NCBI RefSeq assembly: GCF_006345805.1
Contig: NC_043001.1
Span: 13,268,001 to 13,332,000 of the forward strand
Direction: 5' to 3'
DNA from: Octopus sinensis
Taxonomy: Eukaryota
DNA length: 64,000 nt
Shown: positions 26,234 to 39,506 of the stretch, piece by piece
Position numbering within the stretch: position 1 is the stretch's first letter
Layout: each line of letters starts with the position of its first letter
The notes under the pieces: model-generated
What the model saw: the letters and a program-made list of their open reading frames with translations, nothing else
The model's database searches: none
Told to the model about the DNA's origin: nothing
Translations under genes and position numbers: made by a program

Positions 26234-28504
26234 GTAATCAGGGCCGCACACGCACACACATGTGCATGTGTACACACGTGGTATTTTCTAAATAACTAAT
26301 GTTATACGCTGAATTTCTATCTAGGATAGAGAAATATATCTAATATATGTACATATCATTTTGATATTTTCAATGTTAAGATGGGATTAGATATGCTTCC
26401 TTGCTTATGAGTTACAAATACTTTTGTAGCTATATCTGAAATATAGGAACTCTATTAAAACATATTTCTCCGAACTGCGAAAGTATGGGTAAAGACTCAT
26501 ACATGCATAATTCTGTTTGATATTGAACCTCATTTTACTCGCTAAACGATTTGAAAAGAGGGCATCAAAGTGAATCCTCTCATACACTACTTAGCATTTT
26601 GTACAAAATGCAGTGAGTAATTCCAAGTTTAGATTTATCTGAAGCTCTTTCGTGATTCAAAAATCGAATAGTTTATGGTGTAATTCCGTAAAGGAATTTT
26701 TAAAAATCTTAATGATATTCCTCCATGTGAGAGGTATTTGGAGTAAGAGAGGTCGTGTAAATTTTATTTTCTGTTTCGAACAGTAATTTAAGGGCAACAG
26801 GTTATTCAAATGAGTTGTACATCCACATTTTAAGAATTTAATTTTGTGAACTTATTACTTTTCAACAGTTTTTGTATGTTTGTCTTTATATGTTGATCCC
26901 CCATTAGATTAATATAGTGTTAAGTTCAAAAACGTGTTAAACGTATCTCTCATCTAAAAACGTAATAAAAATTATTGCCCAATTTTCCACAAATTTAGAA
27001 TAAATTGAAATTAGACACAATTAAACTGTTAACGATTACATTTGTTTTTGAATAATACCATATCCTCATTGTAAGACTTGTATACCGAGATCAGCCTTAC
27101 GAGAGGTTGACAATCTAGATTTGCTAATGGTAGCAAACGAGCATTTTTTTAAGAACCATGTATATGTTCTGAAACAAAACGCGTATATTAACGCTTGAAT
27201 ATTATATTTGTATGTCATCTCCATATATATATATATATATATATATTATTTGCAGCTCTCCGGAACACTTTGCACATTTCCCATTAAAATATTATATGTT
27301 TAATCGTACATGATTTGAATATCATGGGATCTCGCTCCGATTTTGCTTCATTCCAGATATTTACGTAATTTTTCATGTTTAGTTAATACACATTTGCGAA
27401 ATTTACATTGTCTTTGATATGTAATTAATACATACGTAAGCAACCGCAAACTCAAGTGCAATAAGAATATATGTGTATTTAACAGATAACAAAATCACAG
27501 GCATATACAAATGTATATTATTATTTTCAAACGAAGTTAAACTGGAAGTAATGTTTTGTATTCGGTACCATGTAATAACCAAATGAATAGTTGTTTCCAT
27601 GTTAGGGATTCCACTGAAGAAAATATCAAATTTTACAGGAGCCAGGTAATTATAGAATAACTATAACACAACCATTAATACATCTACTGAATGGAGAAAT
27701 ATATTATATCCCAGAAAATGAGTTGGTGGTTTGTAAATGCTGAATCCCTACAGATACATTTCCAAGAACGGCAATTTTAAATTACGTTAATGTTTAAGGA
27801 AATATTGAATGTACGAAGAAATAAGCAATTGAAAAAAATGATCGTTGAAAACCAGTGTTTATAGAGTAAAAGTGGCTTTTTATTGATATTTAAAAACAAA
27901 CTGTAAACATAACTAAAATAGTGACGTGACGGGTGTAAAAGGTTTGAAAGAATATTTCAAACTTCGCTTTAAATATTCTATCAAAATTACAATCAAAAAC
28001 CTTTTATAATATAATATACTTCTTCATTGCATATACAAGCTCTATCCTACCAATATAAATACACCCACGTATATACATATATACCAACCTCAATATATGT
28101 GTGTGTGCTGTTCTCTCTCACCCTCTCACATTCTCTACGCACACACATACATATATATTCATGTGCGTGTGTGTGTGTGAGTGTCTGTGTGTTTATCCAG
28201 GCATAATATAATACGCTTGGTCAAATATTTATAGTATAATGTGAATTAAAATATAGTAATAAACCGCATATTTTATTATGCAATTAATATAACGCTAAAT
28301 ATATTTATAAAAATTTAAGTAATAAGTTGTCATTAAAAAGTATAAAAATAAACAATATAAAGTAATTATCATTCTAATTAAATATAATAGTATTATTATG
28401 GTAAATATAGTTTTAGAAATTTATATAAAATCATGTAATAAGGGTATATAAATATGTAAGTAAAAATAATAAAATAAAATGGGTAAAGTAATACGTAAAT
28501 ATAT

Positions 28505-29483
28505 GATTTTGATTTTGATTTTGATTTTTCATTTTTCCAGTTTCAGCTAATGAGCTGTGGCCATGCTGGGGCACTGCCATTTGGTTTGCTACACGATTTT
28601 ACCTCACGGATGCTTTTTAGCAAACGCCATCTGATGCATGAGAGAGTTCGATGCAGCTGCCCTCATCTGCACCTCCTGCCGTGAAGTTGGTTCATCCGGG
28701 ACACCTGACAGGAAGAGATCCAGTCCTACTTTAAAGACATCCGCATCTACACCATGCAGGTCCCTCAGGTTCTTCGGGAGGATATTGAAGAGCTGTGGGC
28801 CTCTGAAGCCCAGGCTATCATAATATCTTGTCCTACATCTTGATGGCAAATTTGGAGTCCTTGGTACTACGCAGTGGCGTCCGGTTCTGGCATTTGTGTG
28901 ACTCTCGATGCCAAAGTCTGGGACAAGTCCTTCCAGGATCTTCCAGATATATATTATGGCATATCTTTCTCGCCTACGCTCCAGGGAATAGAGCTTTAAT
29001 CTCTTGAGTCTTTCCCAGTAGCTCATATGCTGCACAGAGGCTATCTTCTTCGTGTAGCTTCGTTGGATCGCCTCAAGTTCTGTGATCAACTTGACACTGG
29101 ATGGTGACCATAGCTGAGAGCAATAGTCAAAGTGGCTTAGAACAAGTGTCTTCCAGAGGACCATCATGGTTTCTTGTTCTCTTGTTCTAAAGGTTCTAAG
29201 AATCCATCCAGCCCGCCGTCTACATGTCATTGGCAGTTTAGCAACATGTATATGAAAGGTCGCGTCATCACTCATGTGAATACCCAGGTCACGCACTGAT
29301 TGTGCCTCTGGGATTGCAATCCCTCCAGGTCCAGTGTTTTCATTGGGTATTGCATTCAGTTTTGCATGCTGATAGTGTAAAGCTTGAAACTTTTCAGCAT
29401 TGAACTGCATGCTATTCTTTTCAGCCCACTTGTATATTTCGTCCAGCTCACATTGCAGGTGCTTAGTGTCTTCAGGGTTCTGT
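28505..29483 (-). mobile_element. CR1-group LINE, 5'-truncated (RT C-terminal region, ORF 28604-29410) with 3' tail
   Basis: LQCELDEIYKWAEKNSMQFNAEK, VRDLGIHM, FDYCSQLWSP, LYSLERRRERY, LDLFLSGVPDEP; 3' end CAGCATGGCCACAGCTCATTAGCTGAAAC then (AAAATC)n. Confidence 0.92.
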
Positions 29484-29633
29484 ATATATATATATATAGA
29501 AACTTCTAGATTCTTCTACATTCAGCCACTCTGACGTCACTCATTATAAAGAGGCACTCATTATCGCCATGGGCTCCTTGAGAGCGGTCAGCTAAAAGTT
29601 TTTGTGCATTTTGATGTCGACATAAGTTCCTTG

Positions 29634-29711
29634 ATTTTCCTGATGAGAAATCTGCATAATGTATTCCTTCGGAATTAGGAATATGCAGCCTTCGAAACAT
29701 ATGTCGAGAAT
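29634..29711 (+). ncRNA. Type-I hammerhead ribozyme, canonical core
   Basis: Stem I ATTTTC/GAGAAT (one G-U), CTGATGA (29640-29646), long stem II GAA..CTGCA..TATTCCT/AGGAATA-TGCAG..TTC, GAAA (29694-29697), palindromic stem III ACATATGT, GTC cleavage triplet (C29705). Confidence 0.85.
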
Positions 29712-29777
29712 ATAGGATATTTGTTAACTAGTCGTTCAACTCCATTCTTTCATATACTTATAATTTTAATATATATA

Positions 29778-29895
<118 letters not shown>

Positions 29896-30111
29896 TTCAA
29901 TGCATATATAGACATGTTCAGATATTTATACGTATAGAAATACAAAAGAATATATAAAATAAAGAGTACAGAATTGAAAATAAATGGGCACAGCAATAAT
30001 CATATCTTGTGTATATACCTACATATATATTTACGCTAATACATAATAAGTATATGTAAGTATCTGTGAAGAAATCGCATGCAAATACTTATACAAATAT
30101 ACAAGAACCAA

Positions 30112-30173
<62 letters not shown>

Positions 30174-30310
30174 TATATTAAATTAGAGATAAAACCACTA
30201 TTAGGCAAATCAAACAATGAAAGATTTAAGCCAATACATAAAATTAATTAATTTATATTATTTTAAATATATATCAAAAGTATTAAAAATTTAATAAAAG
30301 ATAATGTGTA

Positions 30311-30385
30311 AAACACTACGATCGTTTCATGGCTGTCCAATTCGTAATAATTCGAGTTATGGTTACAGTCAATCTTCAGGTAATT
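30311..30385 (-). ncRNA. Type-I hammerhead ribozyme, GATC-loop family
   Basis: Minus strand AATTAC-CTGAAGA-TTGACTGT...ACAGCCAT-GAAA-CGATCG-TA-GTGTTT; shares TACGATCGTTTCATG exactly with 46533-46547. Confidence 0.65.
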
Positions 30386-30554
30386 GAAATATTTATCGTA
30401 GTGATATTTAAGCCAAAATGTATTACTACTTACATTAAAACTCAAAACTTTACTTATGCTCAACTAGGGATGAATGAAAACACGAATTAAAATAATAATA
30501 AAAATACGATGTGAATAAATAAATAAATAAAACTGTATTTAATATATGTACGTT

Positions 30555-30743
30555 TTATTCTTTTATTTATTTCAGTTATTTGACTGCGGCCATGCTGGAA
30601 CAGCGCCATTAGCCGAACAAATCGACCCCACCACTTATTTTTGTAAGCTTAGTATTTATTCTATCGGTCTCCTTGCTGAACTGCTAAGTCGCGGGGACGT
30701 AAACGCACCAACATCGGTTGTCAAGCGATGGTGGCGGGGACAA

Positions 30744-30770
<27 letters not shown>
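30555..30770 (-). mobile_element. SINE family A 3' half
   Basis: TTTCAGTTATTTGACTGCGGCCATGCTGG on the plus strand. Confidence 0.85.
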
Positions 30771-30819
<49 letters not shown>

Positions 30820-30820
<1 letters not shown>

Positions 30821-33040
30821 CCATTAAGGAAGCGGACAAGGGAAATGCAGTTGTAATAATGGATACATCATACTACAGAAATCTTGTAATTTCCTTGCTT
30901 GATGAAGACCTACATTATGAAAAGATTACCAACTACACCCCACAAAAAGTAATGAAAACTCTATCTTCACTAATTAAAACCCATGAAAAGGAACTGACAA
31001 CCAAAGAGATTGATTTCCTAACAAACTTTAAATGCAAACCTAGCCTTTTCTATGGTCTGCCAAAAATTCATAAAAGTCAAATTATAAATGAAACAATTAA
31101 AAAATCACCAAAGACATACATACACACACCTAATCCGGGGGACCTAAAACTACGACCCATTGTAGCTGGCCCAACCTGTGAAACACACAGACTAAGTCTA
31201 CTTATGGACATCCTCTTGAAAACCTTCCTTAAACATATCGATAGCCATATCAGAGATGACTTAGATATGTTAAACCACCTCCCAAAAAAAACCAAGGAAG
31301 AAACAATCCTGGTTTCATTTGATGTAGTCAACTTGTATACCAGTATTCCTCATAATTATGGACTGGAGGCAATACAATTCTGGTTAGACCAATTTCCGGA
31401 AGAAATACCAAAAAGGATCAGTAAGGAATTCATTACTAAATCAATTGAATTCATCCAACACAATAACCACTTCATGTTTGACAATACATTTTACCGTCAA
31501 AAATCCGGAATTGCTATGGGTACAAGGGCAGCACCAGTCATTGCGAACTTAACAATGGGATACATGGAAATAATCATTTACCAGGAATCTCTATCAATCT
31601 TTGGAAACTCCCTCTCTCAATACATAAAAGAGAATTGGAAACGATTCCTAGACGATTGTTTCATTCTCTGGAATGAAAACATAGATAAACTCCTAAAATT
31701 TAAAAACCTATTGAACAGCATAAACCCAAATATACAGTTCACAATGGAATACAACCAAAAGGAGCTCCCGTTCTTGGATATACTAATTAAAAAAATAACC
31801 TTAAAATAGAAACAGACATTTTTTACAAAGCCACAGACGCCAAACAATACCTTCTTTTTAATTCATGCCACCCAAGACACACTAAAACAAACATCCCCTT
31901 CAACCTTGCAAGAAGGATATGCACAATAGTGTCAGAACAAAATACCAGGAACTTTAGACTGCAAGAACTCAAAAACACCCTAACTGACAGACATTACCCA
32001 GCTCAACTCATAGAGGATGGGATCAGACGTGCAACAGAAATCAACATAGAAACTTTAAGAAAAGTTCAACACAACAACACACCTTCCCCGAAAATACTAC
32101 CTTACATATCTACATACAACCCCAGAAACAAAGAAGCCTTCACCATCATCACCCAGAATTTACCAATACTTCATAAAAACCCAAAATTAAAGGAAATTCT
32201 AAACATACACCAAATCATTAAAAGCTACAAACAGCCTAAATCACTTAAAAAGATTCTCACAAAGGCAAAATTGTCTTCTAAAATTACGGATGCAAAAGTA
32301 AAAAAATGTGGTAGATTGAACTGTGCAACATGTCCTAACCTATTGGAAGGATCAGAATTCTTCTTTAAAGAGGGACAGAAATTTAAGATCAAATCTAACT
32401 TTACTTGTGCCTCTGAAAACATAATTTATGTTATTAAATGCTCGGGCTGCCACCAAGACTACGTGCGTTCCACGGGACTATCACTCAGGCGCAGATGCAC
32501 ACTGCATCGACAACAGATTGCATTCCCAGAATATAGAATGATACCTTTTAGTGAGCACATTGAGAAATGCGCAAAGCAACTACTGCCACAATTTTTAATC
32601 TTCCCATTTTACCAATGTGCTTTCGGATCATCAACACAAATGAGACTGAACAAGGAAACATTCTTCATTGAAAAGTACAAACCCAGACTCAACCATCCGA
32701 ACATACTGACACAGAGAAATTAACAAGGAAAAAGGGAAAAAAAATTTTTAAGCGATTATCTCCCCTACACCGGAAAAAATCACTCACTACCTCCCCTTAT
32801 TTAGAAATCTCCTGGAAATCAAAACAACGATAATTCCATGCAATATAAACATAACGTCACAAGAAATTTGAAAAGCTACACGCGAAACCGGTAATTTCTT
32901 AAAAATTTTTTTTTAATTATGTCATTTTAAGGAAAGGAAAAAAAATTTTTCCAATATTCTCCAGACATTTTGACACAAATATATATATTTTTTAACATTT
33001 AAGCCTTCTGTCGTTTTTTCACACTTTACTATTTTCTTAT
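30820..33040 (+). mobile_element. Penelope-like element (Neptune-type): RT + Cys knuckle + GIY-YIG, 5'-truncated, one frameshift
   Basis: IKEADKGNAVVIMD, VSFDVVNLYTSIP, GIAMGTRAAP, WKRFLDD (FLDD 31645-31656), LPFLDILI; frameshift ~31795-31805; then SCHPRHTKTNIP, KKCGRLNCATC, IYVIKCSGC..YVRSTG; stop 32723; HHR in the 3' region; bounded by (TA)n at both ends. Confidence 0.93.
32861..32900 (+). ncRNA. Minimal type-I hammerhead with U3-A8 covariation
   Basis: AAGAAAT-TTGAAAA-GC(TACAC)GC-GAAA-CCGG-TA-ATTTCTT: perfect 7-bp stem I and palindromic ACCGGT stem III. Confidence 0.75.
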
Positions 33041-33057
33041 ATATATATATATATATA

Positions 33058-33197
33058 TACGAGTTTGCCAAATCCGCTCACAAGGCTTTTGTCGGCACGA
33101 GTCTATCGTAGAAGACACTTGCCCAAGGTGCCATGCAGTGAAAATGAACCTGGAACCATGTAGTTGGTAAGGAAGCTACTTACCGCTCGTGCGCCTA
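33058..33197 (-). mobile_element. SINE family A 5' part
   Basis: GTAGAAGACACTTGCCCAAGGTGCCATGCAGTG on the plus strand. Confidence 0.8.
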
Positions 33198-33879
33198 TGT
33201 AACAAGGAAAGAAAGGAAGACAGAAATAGACAAATTAATAATATAGAAGACAGAGTTAATATGCTATGTTTATGAGAAAGAGCAAGGAAAATATCTTAAT
33301 TTTAATTAACACGCACCTTTACCAGCAATGCATTCATTTACAATCTATACTGAGGGAATCTACAGCTGTCTATAATGTAATGATTCTTCATCACATTTGG
33401 CTTTGTCTCTTAGTATTCAAAAAGGAGAACTTCGACAGCTTATAGCTCTTCCAATTACCTTAGATATAATGGTATTACACCTATATGAAATAGATTATAA
33501 ATCAAGCAAACATGTATCTGTGTATAATTCAGCAACGACAAAAATATGTTTCTGAACATTGTCTTCTAAACCAAACCTCTTGAAATAGAATTTTAAAATG
33601 ATCAGATTAGATAAAATATTGCTACAGAAACTAAAATCCAGTCGGCCATGACTAAAAAAGACATTGATCCTACCTCTGGTCAATCGCGAGTAAGCTAGGA
33701 TTAAATACATTGACATGCGTTAAGATTTTTTTTTACCATTAAGGCGTTTTGATTAAAGAGTGTGCGCTTTTGTTGCCATTTTGTAAAATAAATAAATTTC
33801 GTAAAATAAATGCAAATGACTTTCAATACGTAAATATTTGATTGGGGTTTGCATGTTGTAAGTCTGGTCAACATCGTAG

Positions 33880-34500
33880 GTCAGGAAATAGTCAAAGACG
33901 AAAATAGATGAATGATGAGAGAGATCGAATTTGAAACGTCGAATGAGGAGAAAAATTATATATATGACGATGTTGAAAGCCTCAACCCTAGAAGCAATGT
34001 GGTCTTCAACATCATCATCCAAAATCTTCCCATTCTCACTGGAGATAGAATAATGAATAAAATTTTAGACTCACAGAAAATTATCAAGAGCACAATGCAA
34101 TCGAAATCATTGAAAAAAATATTAACCAGCGCAATACTATATCCACTAACAACGGAACAAAAGTGAAAAAATGCGGGGGGGGGATATACAGAATTTCTCT
34201 TCAAACGAGGTGATATAATCACATTTGAAACTTAATCGATGCTATTACATGCTTAGGGTGCGGAATCCACTATATAGGCCAAGCAGGAATGTCACTCCGA
34301 CGAAGAACAACTCTTCACCAGCATTACCGACAGATACAGGTCAGTGAACTCATAGAAAGATGTGCTAGGAATCTTAATCCTAATTTCCTAATTTTCCCCT
34401 TGTGCCAATGTACAGAGACACCTCAGTACAGCAAAGATTAAATAAAGAGGAGACTTTCATTAATAAATATCATCCACAGATCAACATGAGCACATAACTT
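33880..34500 (+). pseudogene. Degenerate second Penelope-like fragment (RT thumb to GIY-YIG)
   Basis: IIQNLPIL..KILDSQKIIKS.MQSKSLKKILT parallels 31929-32723; ITCLGCGIHYIGQAGMSLRRRT (YIG motif). Confidence 0.7.
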
Positions 34501-34874
34501 AATAGAGGGCACTACAAGCCTTACAAATAATACCAATAATTTCTATGCATCTCATACACCATTCATATTCCATTATTTCTATCAACCCTAATTACATCAC
34601 TTCCAGAACTGTTTACTTCCCTTCCATATAATCTTTTGACTCACGTACTATTAGACCCAACACCGTTTGGAAATCGGTGTTCATTCAAAGTCAATGCTTC
34701 TGGTGATACCGGTATGACTTTTAATCTAAATAATGATTCTTAATAATGAATTTTAAACCTCATAATTCCCCTTCAAATCATCTAATTGTATGCATATATC
34801 TTTAAAAAGCATTTATTTTTATATTTATTGTGCATTTTATTTGTTTTCTTTTTACTTTTTCCTTACATATACAA

Positions 34875-34931
<57 letters not shown>

Positions 34932-34995
34932 ATATAATATTTGTATTATACGTATATGATATATATATATATACATAGTTATATATGTAGTTATA

Positions 34996-35032
<37 letters not shown>

Positions 35033-36002
35033 GCGTGTGTATGTATACATATATATGCAAATATACTCATATCTACATATATATAGTACATACTTATACA
35101 CACACACACTTACATATATATATCTTATATATGTATACATGCATAAATATGTGTGTGTATGTGTGGGTACAAGTATGTATGTAGATATGTATCTATAGGC
35201 TGGTATGTATATTTGTCATAGTCCTTTATTCATCTCTAAAGTGTAATTCACGCTAGAATTACTGTGGCTAAATCAAACACCCCACTGGGAATATATTACC
35301 ATTTCTATCGTTATATGACGTAAATTGGCGTCGGAGAATTCTTATTGTCTAAAAACGAGATAATAACATCCCTGATTTTATTTGTGCTTCCATTCAATTC
35401 TTTCCTCCTATATATAAACCAGCATCTGACCTCTAACATTTTTTTTTTCCTTTTCACTCACGCTTTATCCGTCCCAAATGATTTCTTTTGTAAAGTTTAA
35501 TTCATACTCTGAAAAAATTATCTCAACTGACTACACTTTGTCTAAACATTTTCTCCCTAAGCATACGCTAGATCACATCGATAAATAGCATCTTGAATAA
35601 TTGTTGTTTAGAGAATAAATATTAATTGTTTATATGTTCAAACTATGTCCTGCTAATTATAAAATAACCTTTATTTACATACTTCGCGCGTTCGCAATGA
35701 TTGTATTAAATTGATGTTTAAATTTGTACTCACACTAATATACGCACATTAACGATCAGTGATACCAAAAGACGAGATATTTAGACATACGCAACCAAGA
35801 GTAGAAAACATATTCGTATTTGGTTTGCAAAATTCCTGATATAAATTCGGGTGTTAAAACTAATTTCGCTTTTCTTTGGAGAGTCATCACGCCAATAATA
35901 ATAAAACACATACACTGGTTCAATTCCACTTCTTTATTATTAGTCAATTGGTTAAATACCAAACAATCTAAGTAATCGTCTGTTTTTCCTTTATTGTTTT
36001 AT

Positions 36003-36382
36003 TCTTTAATTTGTTTCGGTAATTTGACTGCGGTCATGCTGGAGCACCGCCTTTAGTCAAACAAATCGACCACACGACGTATTCTTTGTAAGGCTAGTAC
36101 TTATTCTATCGTTCTCTTTTGCTGAATTGCTATATTACAGGAACGTAAACACACCAACATCGTTTGTCAAGCAACGGTGGGAGGGACAAACACAGACACA
36201 CAAACATACATATGTATGTACGACAAGCATATTTTAGTTTCCGCCTACCAAATCCACTCACAAGGCTTTGGTCGGCCCGAGACTACAGTAACAGACAGTT
36301 GCCCAGGAGACCATACAGTCGGACTGCACCCGGAACCATGTGGTTTGCGAACAAGCTTCTTACCACGCAGTCACGCCTGCGC
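36003..36382 (-). mobile_element. SINE family A, near full length
   Basis: Similarity to 9548-9977. Confidence 0.88.
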
Positions 36383-36510
36383 CTTGTTTGACTTTTTGGT
36401 GAAATAGTCAATCGCATTTTTGTTCGTCAACGAGAGATATTAAACAAATAGACTAAGAGTGAAAAAAAGTGGAACTGAACCGATACGTGTGCTATTATTA
36501 TTATTATTAT

Positions 36511-36850
36511 TGAGTGAGAGAGTAATGCATGCCATCAAAGTGACACTGGGGTAAAATATACAAAACCAGTATACCCATCAGGACTACCCGTCTGATAAGG
36601 GTACACTAGGCACATGCATCACAACCATATGTGCGCAACATGGTGATTTCATATCAAGATAAACAGCACATGATCTTGCAGGTCGGGCCCAGTTAGAATT
36701 TTCTTCAGGTCGAGTAGCCCATCCTGCTCAAAAGGTCCCTGAATAAGGATTGTTTAAGGATGTTAAACGAAACACCTATGTTTCCAAAGGTGACTTATCC
36801 AATCCCCAAAGAATCCCTTTCAACACATGGCTATGATGCTCCTCCACTAC
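36511..36850 (-). mobile_element. 5'-truncated (AAT)n-associated element inside (ATT)n
   Basis: Intact 3' end (GAGTGAGAGAG on plus) abutting ATT repeats; ATT repeats also at the truncation point. Confidence 0.88.
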
Positions 36851-36933
<83 letters not shown>

Positions 36934-37807
36934 GGTGTAATGATTCTCCCAACACACAATTATATGTTTGTTAAATTTAAACTACAACGTTACACGAGGT
37001 GAAACTGTATGGATATAAACTAAAAGTGGAAAAGGAAGCATTCTGATGATGAAACCGCGTCTCAGAACTGCTTCCCTGTTTCCAGACAATGAGACATCTT
37101 TAATTAATATCATACTAATTTCGAAACATTCCTTGTGTTAGATTTTCTCAGTACCTCATTCGGAATATCTCATGACTGCTATCTCATGACTGCTACCAGT
37201 CATCGTCAATTATCTCATGATAGCTACTAGTCATGAGATAATATCCATAAAGTAAAGCTAATTTCGATACAATGGAAATTTTATCTTGTGCAGAATATAT
37301 CAGCCTTTAAGGTTCATATTCACCGGTCACAGTTATGCAAATTACGTACACTATAAATGATGATTTTCCTTTGTGAATACAGCTATGCATATCGCCTGCT
37401 GGATCCATGTCATAATCAGCTGATGTATTGATGACAGGAACTGTCGCAAATTTTCGGGTCTTAGGACAGCATGGGTACAATGGGGTGAGAGGCTGTGGCT
37501 GAGGGAAAGCCATACTGCTGTTAAGAACAGGCACACTTACACACACACACATGCACACACACACAGACGCATGCGCACTTAAGCATACCCATGTTAGGAG
37601 AACAGAATGGAGTAAGTAGAGCAAGAGCATACACGAAAATGAAAGTGTCGCTGAAGAGGTCACAGATGTGTGACCACAGTTTTCCGGTCAATGAACATGA
37701 GCTAAAATAAAAATAAAAATAAAATAAGAACAGTAATAAACGAGTGACGAACAAATATATAGTGCGTGTGTTTATTTGGCAAAAAAATGACCATACCGAA
37801 ATACAAC

Positions 37808-38325
<518 letters not shown>

Positions 38326-39101
38326 GCACACGCACACATATATATGGTGTGTATGTAATTGTGAGTGTATGTGTGTACGTGCGGTTCTGCGAGCCTGTGT
38401 CTGTGTCTGTGTATGTCAGTGTGTGTGTGTTTGTATTTATTTAATTGCACATAATTACAATCAGTAGTTTTAGGAAGATAAGTTGACGAGGAGATTCCTC
38501 TTCTCTTTCAAGTTACGAAAAATGTGTCACAGGTTGCAAGATTCACAGAAGACCTGTATATACACACCTACATACATACACGTTGTGGTATTTAGTAGAA
38601 AACACTGAATTTCCCTTTGATCTGTGGATAAATCCACATCTGATGTGTGGCACACTTACTCGTCTGTTTTCGCCTATCATAATTGGATGAAAGGAGAGAA
38701 TTTGTGTAAGCAAATCCCAAGTACATTTGTGGGGTGTTCAACCAAGAAATTGAGGGGCATTCATACGACGGACGAGTCCAAAATTTTGTAGAAAGCACAT
38801 CGGTGCAAAAGCGAAACTTGAACCAAAAGGAAAGTAAGAGTTTGTTTAATTGGAGCCGACAAAATACTTCATAAAGTTTCTCGTGGTTGCACGTAACCGT
38901 TCCCCAGACAGTTGTAGTAAAATAGAGAAATCAAATGTTTTATAAAAAAAATATGAGTAAATATATGTGTTTATGGATACCAATTCCATGACTGAGCAAC
39001 AAAAACTGATTCGGGAACTAATTTTAGAATAACGATGAAAAGTAAGATGGAAGGGGAATTAATAGTTGAATTAACAAATTTTACGCAAAGAGAAGCATAT
39101 T

Positions 39102-39506
39102 TATTTCTTTACTACCCACAAGGGGCTAAACACAGAGGGGACAAACAAGGACAGACATAGGTATTAAGTCGATTACATCGACCCAAGTGCGTAACTGGTA
39201 CTTAATTTATCAACCCCGAAAGGATGAAAGGCAAAGTCGACTTCGGCGGAATTTGAACTCCGAACGTAGCGACAGACGAAATATCTATTTCTTTATTACC
39301 CACAAGGGGCTAAACACAGAGAGGACAAACAAGGACAGACATAGGTATTAAGTCGATTACATCGACCCCAGTATGTAACTGGTACTTAATTTAAGGATGA
39401 AAGGCAAAGTCGACCTCGGCGGAATTTGAACTCACAACGTAACGCAGACGAAATACCGCTAAGCATTTCGCCCGGCGTGCTAACGTTTCTGACAGCTCGC
39501 CGCCTT
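39102..39506 (-). mobile_element. SINE family B, head + two tandem body units
   Basis: Unit junction GACGAAATA-TC-TATTTCTTT at ~39276-39294. Confidence 0.9.

Noticed and set aside
33350-33410. GACAGCTGTA palindrome with GTGATGA on the minus strand
   Set aside because: Multiple core defects and no convincing stems I and II.
34695-34725. CTGGTGA-TACCGGTA-TGAC downstream of the degenerate PLE
   Set aside because: The position fits a pLTR ribozyme, but the core is too damaged (no GAAA, no stem III) to call.
37043-37061. CTGATGA-T-GAAAC-CGC-GTC as a hammerhead
   Set aside because: There is no stem II, and CTGA is sequestered in the flanking hairpin; reported instead as a plain hairpin.
37651-37685. 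CTGAAGA followed by a perfect 7-bp hairpin GGTCACA/TGTGACC
   Set aside because: GAAA is missing (ACAG follows) and there is no stem I; at best a dead HHR remnant.
38660-38816. Minus-strand exon candidate with a GA|GTAAGT donor
   Set aside because: The peptide is unrecognisable and no partner exons are identifiable.
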